A DNA stretch of 64,000 bases from positions 48,546,001 to 48,610,000 of the forward strand of contig OX597827.1 of the NCBI GenBank assembly GCA_951406725.2, read 5' to 3'. The stretch's first letter is position 1, and each line of letters begins with the position of its first letter. Positions 25,735 through 41,166 of this stretch are shown in pieces. The notes below the pieces were generated by a model. The model was given only the letters and a program-made list of their open reading frames with translations, made no database searches and was not told the origin of the DNA. Made by a program: the position numbers and the translations under genes. Origin of the DNA: Octopus vulgaris. Lineage: Eukaryota.

Positions 25735-27907
25735 ACAAGTAATGCTCAATATGGCTGTCTGTTCCAACGGACTTTACTGCGACTTTTTAACGCCAAGAGG
25801 ACATCTCCTGTAGCGGGTTAACGATGTACATCTGCATCCGAGATTTGGCGAGCAGAGGAGCGAACCTCTACCACGGTAACAGTAGTCCAGCCTGGTTTCG
25901 GGCTACTTCTGCCTCTCTTCAGTACTGGGCACCTCGTCTACTAGAGATAGCAGTAGCTCGCTTATGGTTTTTCTACGTTAATTAGGAGATACAAGACCAC
26001 ACTTTCAGCTCCCGACCACATGTTATGTTTCTCAGCTCTAAACTCAACACATATTACGTTACAAAATTTTTGATTAGCGACGAGCCTCCATTATTGCCAA
26101 TATCTTCGGCAATTCAGCTGGCCGATGCATTTTAGAATAAACAGTTATTGGTCTCATTATGTTTATTAATCACCTCATCTCCATTTTAGTCTTAATAACC
26201 ACATAATGCCCTGTGTGCTTTGTTTCAATCTACGGGGAAGATATCGCTCCATATATGCCCAGGGTTTCTATGCAGCAATTTGGTCTCGGTGAGATCATTG
26301 GAGGGCTTAGTAGAGAGTCCTCGGTTTTCTTCGATACGGAGTTATGTCTCTTTTCTCTTTGCTCGTTCTTAGAGACGTCGCTTAGGTTTAGTGGTACATT
26401 GATTTACAACACACTGTTGCTCCGCTTCTTCCTCTAACTTCATTCTTTCTATGTCAATATATGTATACCGAGGCTCAGCAGGATTATCGATAACATTTAT
26501 TCCATTTCCAATAGCATTTTGCTCTTAGCAAAATGGTTGTGTGCAACTGTTGAGATTTTAGGTTGCTGAAAAACGATACACAAAATGATATTCTCACAAA
26601 ATGTAGTGGCAGAAGCAGATGGAAACGTACCATTTGTATCAGTAAGAGAAGACTAAAAGTGCGCTTCAGAAGACATAATGAACGCTGACGTGCAACAAGT
26701 TTCTCGGACTAAAGTAGTTACTCGGAAGGTATCTTGTCTGCAGGACACCTGACAACTCAGGTTCAAACACAAGCAACCCACATTTCACCAGTACCAGGAG
26801 TCAAAACCCATATGCTGCTGCTCGGCTCCTCAACAGCTTGAAAAATCACATGCCGAAACACCAGTATGGTGAGGGTTTCTTTTTTGAAGACCTCCAACTA
26901 TTTCGTTCTACCTTGAATATCTTACTACCTGTATATACACACAGACACATACACGTACGTAAGTACATACATGCATACATACATACATACATACATACAT
27001 ACATACATACATACATACATACAAAAATACATACATACATACATACACACATACATACACACATACATACATACATACATACATACATACATACATACAT
27101 ACATACATACATACATACATACATACATAAATACATACACACATACATACATACATACATACATGCATACATACATACATACATACATACATACATACTC
27201 AGAGATCTTTTGTCTCACAGTTCTAGACACGTAAGAACAAGACACATGAGTCGGACGGGCTCTTAATGGAACATCTCATTATGAAAATATATTGTATTTG
27301 CATGTGTGTGTGTGTGTCTGTGTGTATGTCGCCGGCTATATATGTGCGCATGCATGTGTGTACGTCTGCGGATATTTGAGTGTTTCTTTTTAAATATGGA
27401 GGTATTTTTGTATCAGACCATCCGCAATGTATTCTCTTCCTAAACCATGATATAAAGTTCTTTTTTTTTTTTTTTACTTATTCTTTTTATCTATTTTGAT
27501 ATCTTCACAGCTGTAATGAAAGTTTTCATACAGAGACTCATTATAAGGATTTTCATATTGCAACGCACATTTCATTTCCGGTATATAACTGACAATTTCA
27601 GAAAGAGTAAATCACGTACCGAATACCTTTGTTTAAGAATCTGATACCGCGAGACGTAAAAGATATGGTCGAGAAACTTTCGGAGACAGTCTGGTTGAAG
27701 TGTATTAATAGGCTACTAGTCTGTTTAAGCAAATGCATTTCCTCGTTCATATACATTCATTGTTAAGTGGCCTTAAAAGTCTCAGCATATCTCCTCTGAC
27801 ATTAACAGACTGCGTAACAATAGTACATTTATTTTCTGGCTGGTTTAATATTTTCTTGTGGCTGACGTCTACTAATTCTCTTATGGGATAATGATTTTTT
27901 TGTTGTC

Positions 27908-28320
<413 letters not shown>

Positions 28321-28519
28321 ACTGTTGATTCATAATGCTTGTTCAGAACGGCCTAGTGTTGAAGTAGTGCCTTATTGTCAGATTGCTGACTATATTTTCG
28401 AGTGAAAAGCGCATTATTAAAAAAATATTTTCACACACACATACAAACACACAAACACTCACACACATATCCATTCAAATACCTCCCACTATATATATCT
28501 ATATCTCTGTTTGTATATG

Positions 28520-28578
<59 letters not shown>

Positions 28579-29375
28579 ATATCTATATATACATATATAT
28601 ATATATATGTATGTATATACATATATGTACATGTGTGCAAGTGTACGTGAATGTGTGTAGGTGTGTGCGTGTGTGTGTGTCTGTGTGTTTTGCGTCAGAG
28701 ACAGAGAATGTGTAATATGAATGTCTATGATAGCATACATGAAAGGACTTTGTAAACATAATAGCATTCAGGTTGGAATTAATACAAAATCAATATCCCG
28801 TTATACACGATGCATCATATTATCTGTACATAGATATATATGCATACATACATATACATACATACATAACATACATAGATATACATACATACATAACATA
28901 CATAGATACATACATATATACATATATATATATAACATACATAGATATACATACATATATAACATACATAGATACACATACATACATACATATATACATA
29001 TATGTAATATGTGTGTATATATATATATATATATCCATATATGTGTGCGTGTGTGTGTATGCGTGTGTGCGTGTATGTATATATATATCCACGAATATAT
29101 GTACATACATATATGTATGCACACATATATACATATGTGTGTATATATACACTTATATCTGCCTACCACTCTGTATGTTTGTATGTATGGGTCTATTTCT
29201 GTATGCGTGTATGTGAGTGTGTATGTATGTGTGTATGGATGTGTGGATGTATACAGGGCGTTTGAGGATAAATCTCACAGTTTGCATAAGAGTAAAAGCA
29301 AGTACAATGTCCCATCCAAAGAGAAAAGTATTTTAAAACATCAAAAAACAAGATTATGACTGGGAGATAGCAGTT

Positions 29376-29472
29376 CCAAGTAGTCACCCTCAACTCCAAG
29401 TAGTCACCCTCAGCTCCAAGTAGTCACCCTCAACTCCAAGTAGTCACCCTCAACTCCATATAGTCACCCTTA
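29376..29472. repeat. 20-bp minisatellite, about 5 copies
   Basis: ccaagtagtcaccctcaact repeated. Confidence 0.9.
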
Positions 29473-30498
29473 ACATTCACCACAACATCAAGACGGTTCT
29501 AAAACATCTCGCAAGCGTTGCTCACCAATATATTAAGCTGTTCCTGTAAAAAGAAGAAATCGTCAAATTTATCCCAAATACCCTGTATTAGAAGAGTATA
29601 GATTTCATGAATCATTATCTTGTATATATAAATGTTTATAATAATTTATTATTTTTGAAACTCCAAACACTGCGATTTATAAAAAATAAAAAAGGTTGTT
29701 CGTTTCAGTATTTAACGGTCAGGTGCCCTTCCTCGGGAACTCTTTTGAAGAAAGTTGTTATTCGCTGAAGCCTCTGTCTTGTAGGAAGACAAATTGCTTC
29801 CTGTGTTGCATTGTCTGTCTGCTTGTGTGTGTGTGCGTGTGTGTGGGTGAGAGTGGGGGGAGCGTGTGTGTGTGCGTGTGTGTGGGTGAGAGTGGGGGAG
29901 CGTGTGAGTGTTTGTATGTGTGAGTGTGTGTGCGTGTGTGTATGAGTGTGTGTGTGGTGTGTATGTGAGTGGGGGTGCGTGTGAGTGTGAGAATGTGTGT
30001 GAGTGAGTGTTTGTGTGTATTTGTGTGCGTATGTGTGTGAGTTTGTGTGTGTGTGTGTGTCCGTGCGTGTAATATCGACGTTAGTTATGTTTTGAATATA
30101 CCTCTCACAGTCTCGAATCATTTCCGATGAAATGAATATAAAAAAAAAAAGTTCTTGTATGCTTCGAATCAAAACTGCTGCCTTTCCTCGACGGAATTTG
30201 TTTTGTCCTATTCTCCATCAGTTCCTGCAAACTTTCGATAATCAAATAATGCAAAAAAGCTTCTACATGCTTCTCTGCGTATCATCTAATCTTGCACTGT
30301 ATGGTCGTCAGTCACATTCTAACTTGTGTTCATTTTGTAACTGCAGCAACAATTATCCCCTGTTAATATTATTGATAGTTGTTTATTGTTTCGCTTCATT
30401 AGCTCCAATAATTACGATAAGATTATTCTTTGACAATAAGGAGCTTTCATAAGTTTGATTTCCCATGCATTCGACCAGATGTGTGGCTTACAAGCAAT

Positions 30499-30790
30499 GA
30501 AGAGTATTCCCGGTGCGCGCACTCGCGTACTCACGCATCCGCGCTAGCTCGTCGTGATTAATCGATCCTTACTTTGTATTTTTGTGTTTTATTTACTTTG
30601 TTTAAAAAAATTATTTACATTGTGATTTTGTGTTTTATTTACTTTGTTTAAAAAAATTATTTGCTTTGTGTAAAAAAAAATAGTTACTTTTTGTTTTATT
30701 AACTTTGCTAGGTAGTCGTAGGATCGACTAGTCACGACTAGCTAGTGCGGGTGCGCGAGTACGCGAGTGCGCGAACCGGGACCACTCTTC
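30499..30790. mobile_element. MITE-like element with about 73-bp GC-rich TIRs
   Basis: 30499-30572 is an imperfect reverse complement of 30718-30790; T-rich interior with a tandem duplication. Confidence 0.8.
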
Positions 30791-30849
30791 TTAAATAGTA
30801 CCAGCAATGACTTTTCTGTATCCTCGTTGAATACAATGAATCCTACTAC

Positions 30850-31400
30850 TTTAAGGCTTCATACATTATCATTGGATATAGGGAAGATAAGATTTACTTG
30901 TAACAATTTCAAATTTTAGGTTAGGCTCGACAGTTAAATTCCTTTTGTAATAACCAGCCAGCAATTCTTACTGTGCAAGGCAATGTTTGATAAGCTTTTG
31001 TTTTCTCATTAATTGAAAGATTGCTTTGTGTTTGGATGGTGCAGAATTTATTTTCCAATCATCTTCACAGGCTTACCTTCAGGCGAAGTCTCCATTGAAA
31101 CAATATATCACTGATTTGGTTTCTCCTACAAACGCTATAGGTATAAACAGTGTCAAATCCTCAGGGAAAATATACAGTTAATGTTCAGAATTGTTTATCA
31201 AATAATTTATGAATACCAAGGATAGAAATACCTCAAGTATTGAGCATCGCTGAACTGGTTCATTTATGGGTGATACAACTATCTTGTCCTGTAACAAGGA
31301 ACTAGCTGGATCGCACGTTAATATAGCTTTAAACTACCTCAGCAAATTCCCGACCTTTTTCCATCTGACATTCATTTTCTATATGATTGCAACACAATTT
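30850..31400 (-). mobile_element. Highly decayed CR1/Jockey-like RT remnant
   Basis: Minus translation PVQRCSILEVFLSLVFINYL...IFPEDLTLF resembles GVPQGSxLGPxLFxxYINDL...FADD. Confidence 0.35.
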
Positions 31401-31735
31401 AAAAGGAGAATAGTTCATTAATTATATCAATAGTTATCGCCAAGCTAATATGGCAGTCCAAAAATATAGGACAAATAATATTAATAATATTTCTAAGTTC
31501 ATTAATTGTGTAGAGATTAAAAATGATATTGAGTGCTTCTTTGCTTTGAACGCTGAAGAATTTTCTATTCGAGTGGTCAAAAAATTTCTAAATAGGTAGG
31601 ATTATGTTATCAAGAAAAAGAGGAATTGTTATTTTGGATAAACAAATCATTACAGAAGAAAAGGCATATGGTTCTTTCCCATCTTGAAATGCGTCAAAAC
31701 TTTCTAATCTAATACGTTTGTGCGTGTGTGTTTGG

Positions 31736-31829
<94 letters not shown>

Positions 31830-32547
31830 ACGTGCCTGTGCATGAGTGAGAATGTAGCCACATATACTAGCGTTGATATCTTTTATGTTTATTATAAGGC
31901 TGTCGCAAAACTAATATATTGTGAAAAATGTGACATCTTTATTACTGAATCCAGATGAAAACAATATGATTTATGCTTCTCTGACACTCTTCATATGAAC
32001 ATATATATCCGATAAGATTCATTCCTATATATTTATGTGTCTCCGTAATTATATCTATAATCGTGTTGTGAGCGATAATTTTTTAAAACATCACCTAAGA
32101 TGAGGCCTAATATTTACAAAATCTGTGAAGTGTTTTCCCTTAAGATGTTTTAGGCGGTTTAAGTATCTTCATTCGATGTACTCAGTAACTAAGTTTCGCT
32201 TCTCTCAATGAGAAACAGCATGTCATATTCTCATTACAAGATGGTTTCAAGATGCTTATACATATAACCTGTGCATATTTACCGCGAATGTTACAGGTAT
32301 AGACACATTGACGCTTGTGCATGAAAATGATATGAGAGAAACGATATCAAATGCTAGGGAGAGTGTTTGACTGACCATAGCTACAAGTATTGTTTCTTTT
32401 TTTTATGAAGGTAAGCAAGAATGTAATAGACAGAAAGTGTTCCTTATGGTAAACCATAGCTACTCGAATTTGTCTGTGTAGGTGTGATCAATACTAAATT
32501 GTGGTGCCGACATCTTACAAACAGCTATCAGTATGTGGAATATATAT

Positions 32548-33285
32548 AAGGCGGTGAGCTGGCAGAAACGATAGCACGCCAGGCGAAATGCTTAGCAGTA
32601 TTTCGTCTGCCGCTACGTTCTGAGTTCAAATTCCGCCGAGGTTGACTTTGCCTTTCATCCTTTCGGTGTCGATTATATAAGTACCAGTTACATATAATCG
32701 ACTTAATCCGTTTGTCTGCCCTTGTTTGTTCCCTCTGTGTTTAGCCCCTTGTGGATAGTAAAGAAATAGGTATTTCGTTTATCTTCACGTTTTGAGCTCA
32801 AATTCTTCCGAGGTCGACTTTGTCTTTCATCATTTCGGAATCGATAAGTTAAATACCGGTTGCGTATTGGGGTCGATCCAATCGAGTGGCGCCGTCCCCC
32901 AAAATTTCGTGCCTCGTGCCTAGAGTAAAAAAGAATATGAGGAATACATATAAGGCGGGGAGCTGGTAGAATCGATAGCACGCCGGGTAAAATACGGAGC
33001 GACATTTCGTCTGTATTTACGTTCTGAGTTCAAATTCCGCCGAACTTTCAAATCAATATGAGAAGTATATTTGGCAGCGAACTGGTAGAATCGTTAGCAC
33101 GTCGGACGAAATGCTTGGCGGCATTTCTTGTGTCTCAACGTTTTGAGTTCAAATTCCACTGAGGTTGACTTTCTCTTTCATCCTTCCGGGTTCGATAAAA
33201 TACGTACCAATTGAACACTCAGGTCAATGAGATCGACATACTCCTTCCTCAGAATTTGCTGGCCTTCCTTGCGCCAAAATTTGAT
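32548..33285 (+). mobile_element. Cluster of tRNA-derived SINEs, family 2 (Deu/Nin-domain-like)
   Basis: Repeated aaggcgg.gagctgg.agaa heads, gagttcaaattcc B-box, and g.cgactttgcctttcatcctttcgg...aagtaccag domain. Confidence 0.8.
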
Positions 33286-33534
33286 TCGTATAATTTGCTG
33301 ACCCTATAGGCGGTAAATCGACCAGCTACAGTCAACAACTAAACATTCTTGAAATCACCTCTCTCCCTTCAAAAGTAGGAAGGAGATATCAGATAATATA
33401 GTATAAGAAACCACAGACAAGACTACACAGGAGATATACACTGACAGCTTTACCTTAATTAAAGAGGCCCAAATAAGGAGATACTAAACAGTATCTTGAT
33501 AAACTTCCTACGTAGTCAATATATATTAATAATA

Positions 33535-34557
33535 ACTTTTGGCGCAGGTGCAAGGCCTTAATGTTTTGTGTAGAGAAAAACGCGATTGAATCAATCACAA
33601 TTTTTATTGCTTTTTTTTTTATTCTTCGCCTATAATTTAGTATTTGAGACCGCATTATCAATTACGACTCTGTATTTTCTGATTGTAGAGTGGAATTTGG
33701 TGTGACTTCGGAGGGATGAAATACGAAATTGATCGGAATTGAAATCAGAATGTAAAGAACCACAGCTAAATATTGCAAGTCATTTTCTCCGACCCCTCTA
33801 ACGATTGTGCCAATCCACAATTTTGAGAATCTTATATGAATTATTTCCAATTTTGACACCAGGCCAACATTCTTATGAAGTGGGTAACACCATTACGTCA
33901 ACCCCAGTGCTACTCTGCCTCTAGAAGAGAGAAAGGCAAGTTGCTCTCAGTGGTATTTGAACCCAAAATGAACTGCAGGGAAGTATTTCATCCGTCATAC
34001 TAACGATTCTACCAGCACGCCAACCAAGAATTATGTACGAATAATTATTTCAAATTTTTAGCACAAGGGCAGTGTGCGAGGAGATAGGGATGGGTTGATT
34101 ACATCAACCCCAGTATTCAACTAGTTCTTATTTTATGGACGCTGAAAGATGGAAAAGGGGAAGTGGACCTCAGTTGAATTTGAACTCAGAACGTAGTGAC
34201 GAGCGAAATGCCGAAAGCCTTTTGGCCAGCGTGCTAACGATTCTTTTCTACTCTAGGCACAAGGCCCGAAATTTTGAGGGAGAGGGCCAGTCGATTAAAT
34301 CGACCCCAGTATTTAACTGGTACTTAATTTATCGACCCCTAAAGGATGAGAGGCAAAGTCGACCTCGGCGGAATTTGAACTCAGAACGTAAAGACAGACG
34401 AAATACCGCTAAGTATTTCGCCCGGCATACTAACGTTTCTGCCAGCTCGCCGCCTTTCAGTAACCAAATATTCTTTTCTACTCTAGGCACAAGGCCCGAA
34501 ATATTGGGGCGGTAGCCACGCCCGGTGTGCTAACGTTTCTGCCAGCTCACTGCCCTT
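33535..34557 (-). mobile_element. Cluster of family 2 SINEs on the opposite strand
   Basis: Reverse complements of the same head and domain; best copy at 34241-34456. Confidence 0.75.
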
Positions 34558-34663
34558 AGAATTATGTACTAATGATATTTATTAGATAAGAATAGATGGA
34601 CAAATTGATTATCATAGACATAGTAGTGTAACTAGTCTCAAACTAATTAGTACTGATAATGAA

Positions 34664-34986
34664 GGCCCGTATCTTAGTGGTTAGTGGTGGTTGGCTCATG
34701 GTCGTAAGATCGTGAGTTCGATTTCCGGCGGAGCATTGTATACTGTAGCAAGACGCTTTATTTCACGCTGCTCCAGTCCACTCAGTTAGCCCATGTGTGT
34801 TGTATTTGTACCTCAAAGGACGGGCCTTGTCACATTTGGTGTGTTGTACTGAATCACCCCGAGAAATACGTTAAATATGCACGTGCCTGTGTGGTGCTCA
34901 GCCAGTTGCACATTAATTTCAGAACCACACTGTTTTCGTTGATCAGACCAACTAGAACCCTCGTCGTCGTAACCGACGGAGTGCCA
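34664..34986 (+). mobile_element. tRNA-derived SINE, group 3
   Basis: tagtggttag A-box and gagttcgatttcc B-box. Head shared with 59925; tail shared with 58448-58614. Confidence 0.7.
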
Positions 34987-35643
34987 ATAATTAGGACTGA
35001 TATTTGAAATTGCATTATCAGAAAAAGCTGGAAGACACGGTGGTTGTTGATTGATTCCAGAACATCCTTATGATGAAAGACGTTCAAACTACGACCATCC
35101 TGTCTTTTCTTTTTACACAGTGTATCTAGGACTACATTATCTAATGTGCGGAGATATCATCGACAACGACGACAACAGTTTTCAATACTAGGAAGATTAT
35201 AGTACATAGATTATAATTTGAAGCACATAAGGCCTTAAGATTGCTAATAATATCTGATTTATGTTGCAAGAAACAGGTTATACATTGCTCCTTGTATGAA
35301 ACTTTGAAAACTGTACATAGGCGGAACCGGACTTAATACATAATATATAGAGACTGGCGAATAACAGGGAAAAATCACGGTGATAAATGTAGCGAATTGC
35401 CAGAAAAAGGCGGCAACCTGGCAAAATTATTAACCACCCCGGACAAGATGCTTTGAAGCTTTTCCTCCAACTTCACTTATTGTTTTCACAGAAAGGCTGA
35501 GTTGTACTTGTAAGATTGAAGTTATCTTTTATCATTTCGATGGCTATAAAATAAGTAGCCCTTGAGGACCGAAACCGATGTAATTGATTAAACCCTTTCC
35601 CAAATTTTCATGCCGTGTATATATAGTAGAAAGAAATTACATG

Positions 35644-35858
35644 CTCTTTTACTCTTTACACTTTTACTTGTTTCAGTCATTTGACTGTGGCCCTGCTGAA
35701 GCACCACCTTTAGTCGACCAAATCAACAAATTATTCTTTATAAGCCTAGTACTTATTTTATCGGTCTGTTTTGCCGAACCGCTAAGTTATGAAGGACGAA
35801 AACACTCCAGCATCGGCTGTCAAGCGATGTTGGGGGACAAACACAGACACACAAACAT

Positions 35859-35913
<55 letters not shown>

Positions 35914-36086
35914 TACATATATACGACAGGCTTCTTTCAGTTTCTGTCTACCAAATCCAATCACAACGCTTTGGTCGGCCAGAGGGTATATTAGAAGACA
36001 CTTGCCCAAGGTGCCACGCAATGGGACTGAACCCGGAACCATGTGGTTTGTTAGCAAGCTGCTTACCACACAGCCACTCGTACGCC
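35644..36086 (-). mobile_element. tRNA-derived SINE, family 1
   Basis: Homologous to 16256-16647; lies tail-to-tail with a decayed family 2 copy at 35406-35640. Confidence 0.85.
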
Positions 36087-38124
36087 TAACAAATTTTAGC
36101 TAGAAAGATTAATAGATTGAAAAGTGTCTGTTAGTTAGAAGGATTAATATACTGAAAAGTCACCGTTTTAGTTAGAGGAATTAATAAATTGAAAAGTGTC
36201 CTCTTCATTATTTAATAAATAATTATTTATTCATTTAGCCACGAAGTTTATCGCATAATAAATTATAACCTACGCAGAGAAGTATATCGATAACAGATTA
36301 TTCATGTACACTTATAATGTACAGTTCTGTACACAACCAGCTGGGATTTAGTTTAATGAAATTCAGAGACGCACCGAAAAGCTTCATAGCAGTCTAATTG
36401 CCTTTGATATACATGTCAAGGGAGAGATGGACAAACATAGAGAAAGCACACCGCCAGATATATTAGTAGATACAAATTTAATTGATTTTAAAATGAAACA
36501 GATTATACTTATTACCAAAAAAATTACATCTTGATTTCGCTCAATCATCTTTTTACAAATAGTTGACATGGACACTGATGAAAAGATACGAACTGACAAC
36601 TCCTTCGCTGATAAATACAGTCGACTATCAGCATGGTCGTATAATCTCCAAGATAACTAATTATCGAAGATGCTGAAGTTGTGTGTGTCACGTCATTATT
36701 TTCAGGTATGCTGTATTCAGTACTAAACTGTTCAATATATCCATCTTTTCATTTTTTTTTTCTTTTGACTCCTTGTGTGACATTAGGAAGATACGATTTG
36801 CATTTATAGAAGCTTGAGTGACTCTGAAGAAATTGCGCTGTTGACTCGGGTTTCTCACTCGTTGTTTAATATGCCGAAGTGGATGCTTTAATGGCTTCTC
36901 TTCATAAAACCAATAGATGCATGGGATAACGCATTGCCTGCCTGTGGTTGACACATGCATCGCAGAAGTTTATAAGACATTCTACGCTACATTACTCGAA
37001 AAAGAAAGGCCATGTTGAACAGAAACACCTTTCTCTGTTAATACAAACATACATACATACATGCATACATGAATACATACATAAATATATATATATATAC
37101 ATACACACATATATATATATACATATATATACATATATATATATACGCATATATTTATATATATATATATATATATGCATATACATATATCTATATGTTT
37201 ATATTTATGTATATATATACATATATATATATGTATATATGTACATATATATATATCTGTGTGTGTGTATGTCTATATATATATACATATATATGTATGT
37301 ATGTATTATGTACGCATATTTATTAATACTTTAATATGTGTGTGTGCATTTATGTACTTTAAATGTACGCATCTATTGATTTATCAATATGTATGTTTGT
37401 TCGGACATTTGCAAAAATGCCATCGGATCAAAGAATATTGAATATGCATCGTGCCATTAAATATAACAGAGTTAACCAAACTTTGGTCGTTTTCCAATTC
37501 AATCCGAATTCAAAGCATACAATAGTTCCTTCTGACAGATTCTCCTGCATGGATACAACCTTCTTGCAGGTGACCTTTCTTATCAGCCAACTTCAGTTGC
37601 ATTCCCGGTGAGGATAAAGATGGAAAACGCCATTGGAAAATGTCCATTGTTGATAAAATAAATATAACAAATGCGCCCCTTCTAAACCTTCCCTGTTCCT
37701 TTCGTTCGATATTTAGTATAGTATTGATAAGGTATGTCCCTAAACTGATATTGTTCTTTGATAGAACGAAAAGAAAATCCAAAGCACGAATCTATAATCT
37801 GGTAAGGTAAAAAGAAACGGGGTATAATCAGGCAGATCTATTGAGGATGAAGAAGTGTATACACGCGGAGTTTAAAAAAGGAAGAATAGTTAGGGGAGAA
37901 TCAAAACTTGGTTGAGAATCAGGAGATAATAAATCACGTATGTAAAAAAATGTGCGAGGCTTAGAATGAGATTCCCCAAAAGTATCATTACAAATGCATA
38001 CACGCACAAACACACAGACATACGTATACATATACATATGTAATATATATATATGTATATACATATATATGTATATATATACATATATATGTATATATAT
38101 ACATATATATATACATATATATAT

Positions 38125-38169
<45 letters not shown>

Positions 38170-38267
38170 CATTTATATATACATATATATATATACTTAT
38201 CTATGCATACATACATACATATATATATACACTCATATATATACTATATATATATATATATATATAT

Positions 38268-38312
<45 letters not shown>

Positions 38313-38932
38313 ATAGTATACATTATGTGTATACATATTCATATCTATAAGAATAACAATATATGTATTCTACGTATTAATATGTATATATATATAATGG
38401 GATACGTATAAACTATATATTAATCTACGAACATATATGTATCAGAATATGTACATATGCATGCGTGCGTGTGCGTGCGCGTGGGTGGGTGTGTACGTGG
38501 GGGGTGCGCGTGGGGGAGTATGTTTGCGTGTGAGCGTTTGTGCGGTTGTGAGTAATTCATGTAAATATATATACATGTATATATGTATATTTATGTCTGT
38601 ACTAGTGTGTGTACGTATTATATCTCTGTCCATCTATCTATGTATACAGAGGGAGAGTGTAAGAAAGAAAGAAAGAAAATGATGGAGGGAGAAAGAAGGT
38701 GAGAGGTATAGAGAGGGTCAGAAAGAGAGAGATGAAAGAGAGGGGGAGAAGGAGGAGCAGGGGTAGCAGGAAGAAGAAGAAGAAGAAGAAGAAGAAGAAG
38801 AAGAAGAAGAATATATTGATGATCACGACAATGAGGGTGGTGGTTGTGATGGTGGTGATGGTGGTGATGGTGCTGGTGGTGCTGGTAGTAGTGGTGGGGT
38901 GGTGATGGTTGTGGTGGTGGTGGCGGTGAAGG

Positions 38933-38963
<31 letters not shown>

Positions 38964-39559
38964 ATTGTTCTGGATGCAAAGGGTAAACGAAGGAAATAAA
39001 TGCATGTAAAGCGTTATTTTATAGAACAGATAAAATGTAAATTATATGGAGGATAAAAACGAGATAAGATCCGAAAAATAAAAGAATAGCAGAGGAAAAT
39101 TTATAGAACAGATTTATTCTAGGTATTCACTTGAAGCTGGCGCTTATGTATTCCATTTAGGAGGTTCTTCTTCCAGCGAAATTGGAAAAGACAAAATGTT
39201 CATCTCAAGACAGATGTATGATATTCTAGCTTAGCCCTATATCGGAACTGAGAGCGTGGACGCTTAATAATATGTATTCCAGCTCTTTAAACCCACTGTT
39301 CTTTTTTCACAAATCTCCATATCTCGTAGTTAGATACAGAGTAAGTTGTATTGTTTTTGTTTTTTGTTTTTATCTGCGATTGATTTTGACTTGAAGAAAA
39401 TTTGGTCACAAGTTATTGAAGGTTTTAGCACCACATAGAGGCTCGCTTTGGTGAAATCCACAACAAATAATAAATACACCGTGCCTTATAAACTAGCTTC
39501 AAAGTATTTAGTGTATAGTGTCTGCTATCCAAGTTACCGTTTTCCGATATGTTTTATAC

Positions 39560-39971
39560 CTGACAATTTATAAATCTATTTTCATTTCCATCTTTAGGAC
39601 AAGACACACAAATGAAAACTTTTCATCAATGAATTATTAGTACTTTGTTTTGCTTCATTTTCTAGGAGGCGCTAACATAATATAAAATTTAATCTTGGGA
39701 TAATTCAGTCCTTTATAATCATATCTGATTTATTTGCTTCAATAGTGTGGGAAGTCTTTATAAAGTCGTTCCATAAGATACTGTAACTTTCATTGTCTGT
39801 CACAGGTTCTGATTTGTGTTCATACCACTTTTCTGTTATTTTGATGCCATATAATCGACCAACATCCGAAAGCGTTATTTTACCTACGCAGCAATGACTA
39901 CCTTTATACACTTTTTGCGTTAGTTTACTGCACTCACTCAACAGATGATTGATACTTTCCTGTCTTTTCAA
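39560..39971 (-). mobile_element. Degenerate R4/Dong-type RLE-domain fragment
   Basis: ESINHLLSECSKL, KWYEHKSEPVTDNESYSILW, TIEANKSDMIIKD. Confidence 0.8.
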
Positions 39972-40368
39972 GATTTGGAAGAAAAAATTTGGAGTATTTT
40001 ACTTTTTGAACTAGTGCACATTACAGAAGGCATCTTTGTTATAGTGGAATTACAATATACGAGCGGAGATTTGGCTTCTAATTCTTTTCTGGTGGCTCGC
40101 CTGACAGCCTAAAATCACACAGATTGAATAGTTTCATAACAACATTCGTTTCATCAGGTAGGTGTTCGATATTCTTGGATGGAAGAACTCTGTTGACGAA
40201 CAGGACTCGTTACAATGGGTGAATTTATGAGTGTCCATCGTCTGAAAAGCATTTAACCCAGATGGCACCTTTTTTTTTCTCATCAGTTTCGGAAAACCTA
40301 GAACGGATCAGGGAAACTTTCCCTGACTGAAGTATGAAACAGAAACATTAATCAGTTTCTTAATATCC

Positions 40369-40427
<59 letters not shown>

Positions 40428-40961
40428 GAGTGAGAGAGCGGTTCATGCCATCAAAGTGACACTGGGGTAAAATTAACGAAGCCCAGTATACCCATCATGA
40501 CTACCCGTCTGATAAGGGTACACCAGGCACATTGTATCACAATTCTATGTGCGCGACATGGTGATCTCATATCAAGATAAACAGTGCCTGACCTTTCAGG
40601 TGGTGCCCAGTTACAATTTTCTTCTGGTCGAGTAGCCCATCCTTCTCAAAAGGTCCCTGAATAAGGATTGTTTAAGGATGTTCAACGAATCACCCATGTT
40701 TCCAAAAGTGAATTATCCAAACTTCTAAGAATTCCCTTCAACACATTGCTATGATGCTCCCCCACTACTTCTACTCGTGATCAGAGATGCACATATTGTC
40801 AGCCACTAAGAACCATGCTCAACTGGTTAAGGTCAAACAGCTGACAAGCTAATCTGTGGTATTGAGCAGGATATTTGCTGTTGCCCATCTTTTATACCAA
40901 GAGAAAAAATGTACATGATAACACTTCCAATCAGTTAAGATCAGAAGCCACGTGAGCCACT
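40428..40961 (-). mobile_element. Non-coding (TAA)n-embedded retroposon, copy 1
   Basis: Homologous to 41167-41700; shared fixed left end gagtgagagagc and variable right end; (TAT)n flanks. Confidence 0.7.
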
Positions 40962-40985
40962 TATTATTATTATTATTATTATTAT

Positions 40986-41032
<47 letters not shown>

Positions 41033-41166
41033 ATATCATTATTGTTGCTGTTGTGATGGTGGTGGTGGTGGTGGTGATGGTGATGGTCAGGTCCTTGGGA
41101 ACCGTATCAGAAGTTATGAGGTATCACCTCCTTCATTTCCCATATATTATTATTATTATTATTATT

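Noticed and set aside
29376-29472. Regular direct repeats resembling a CRISPR array
   Set aside because: Head-to-tail minisatellite with no spacers, in a eukaryotic context.
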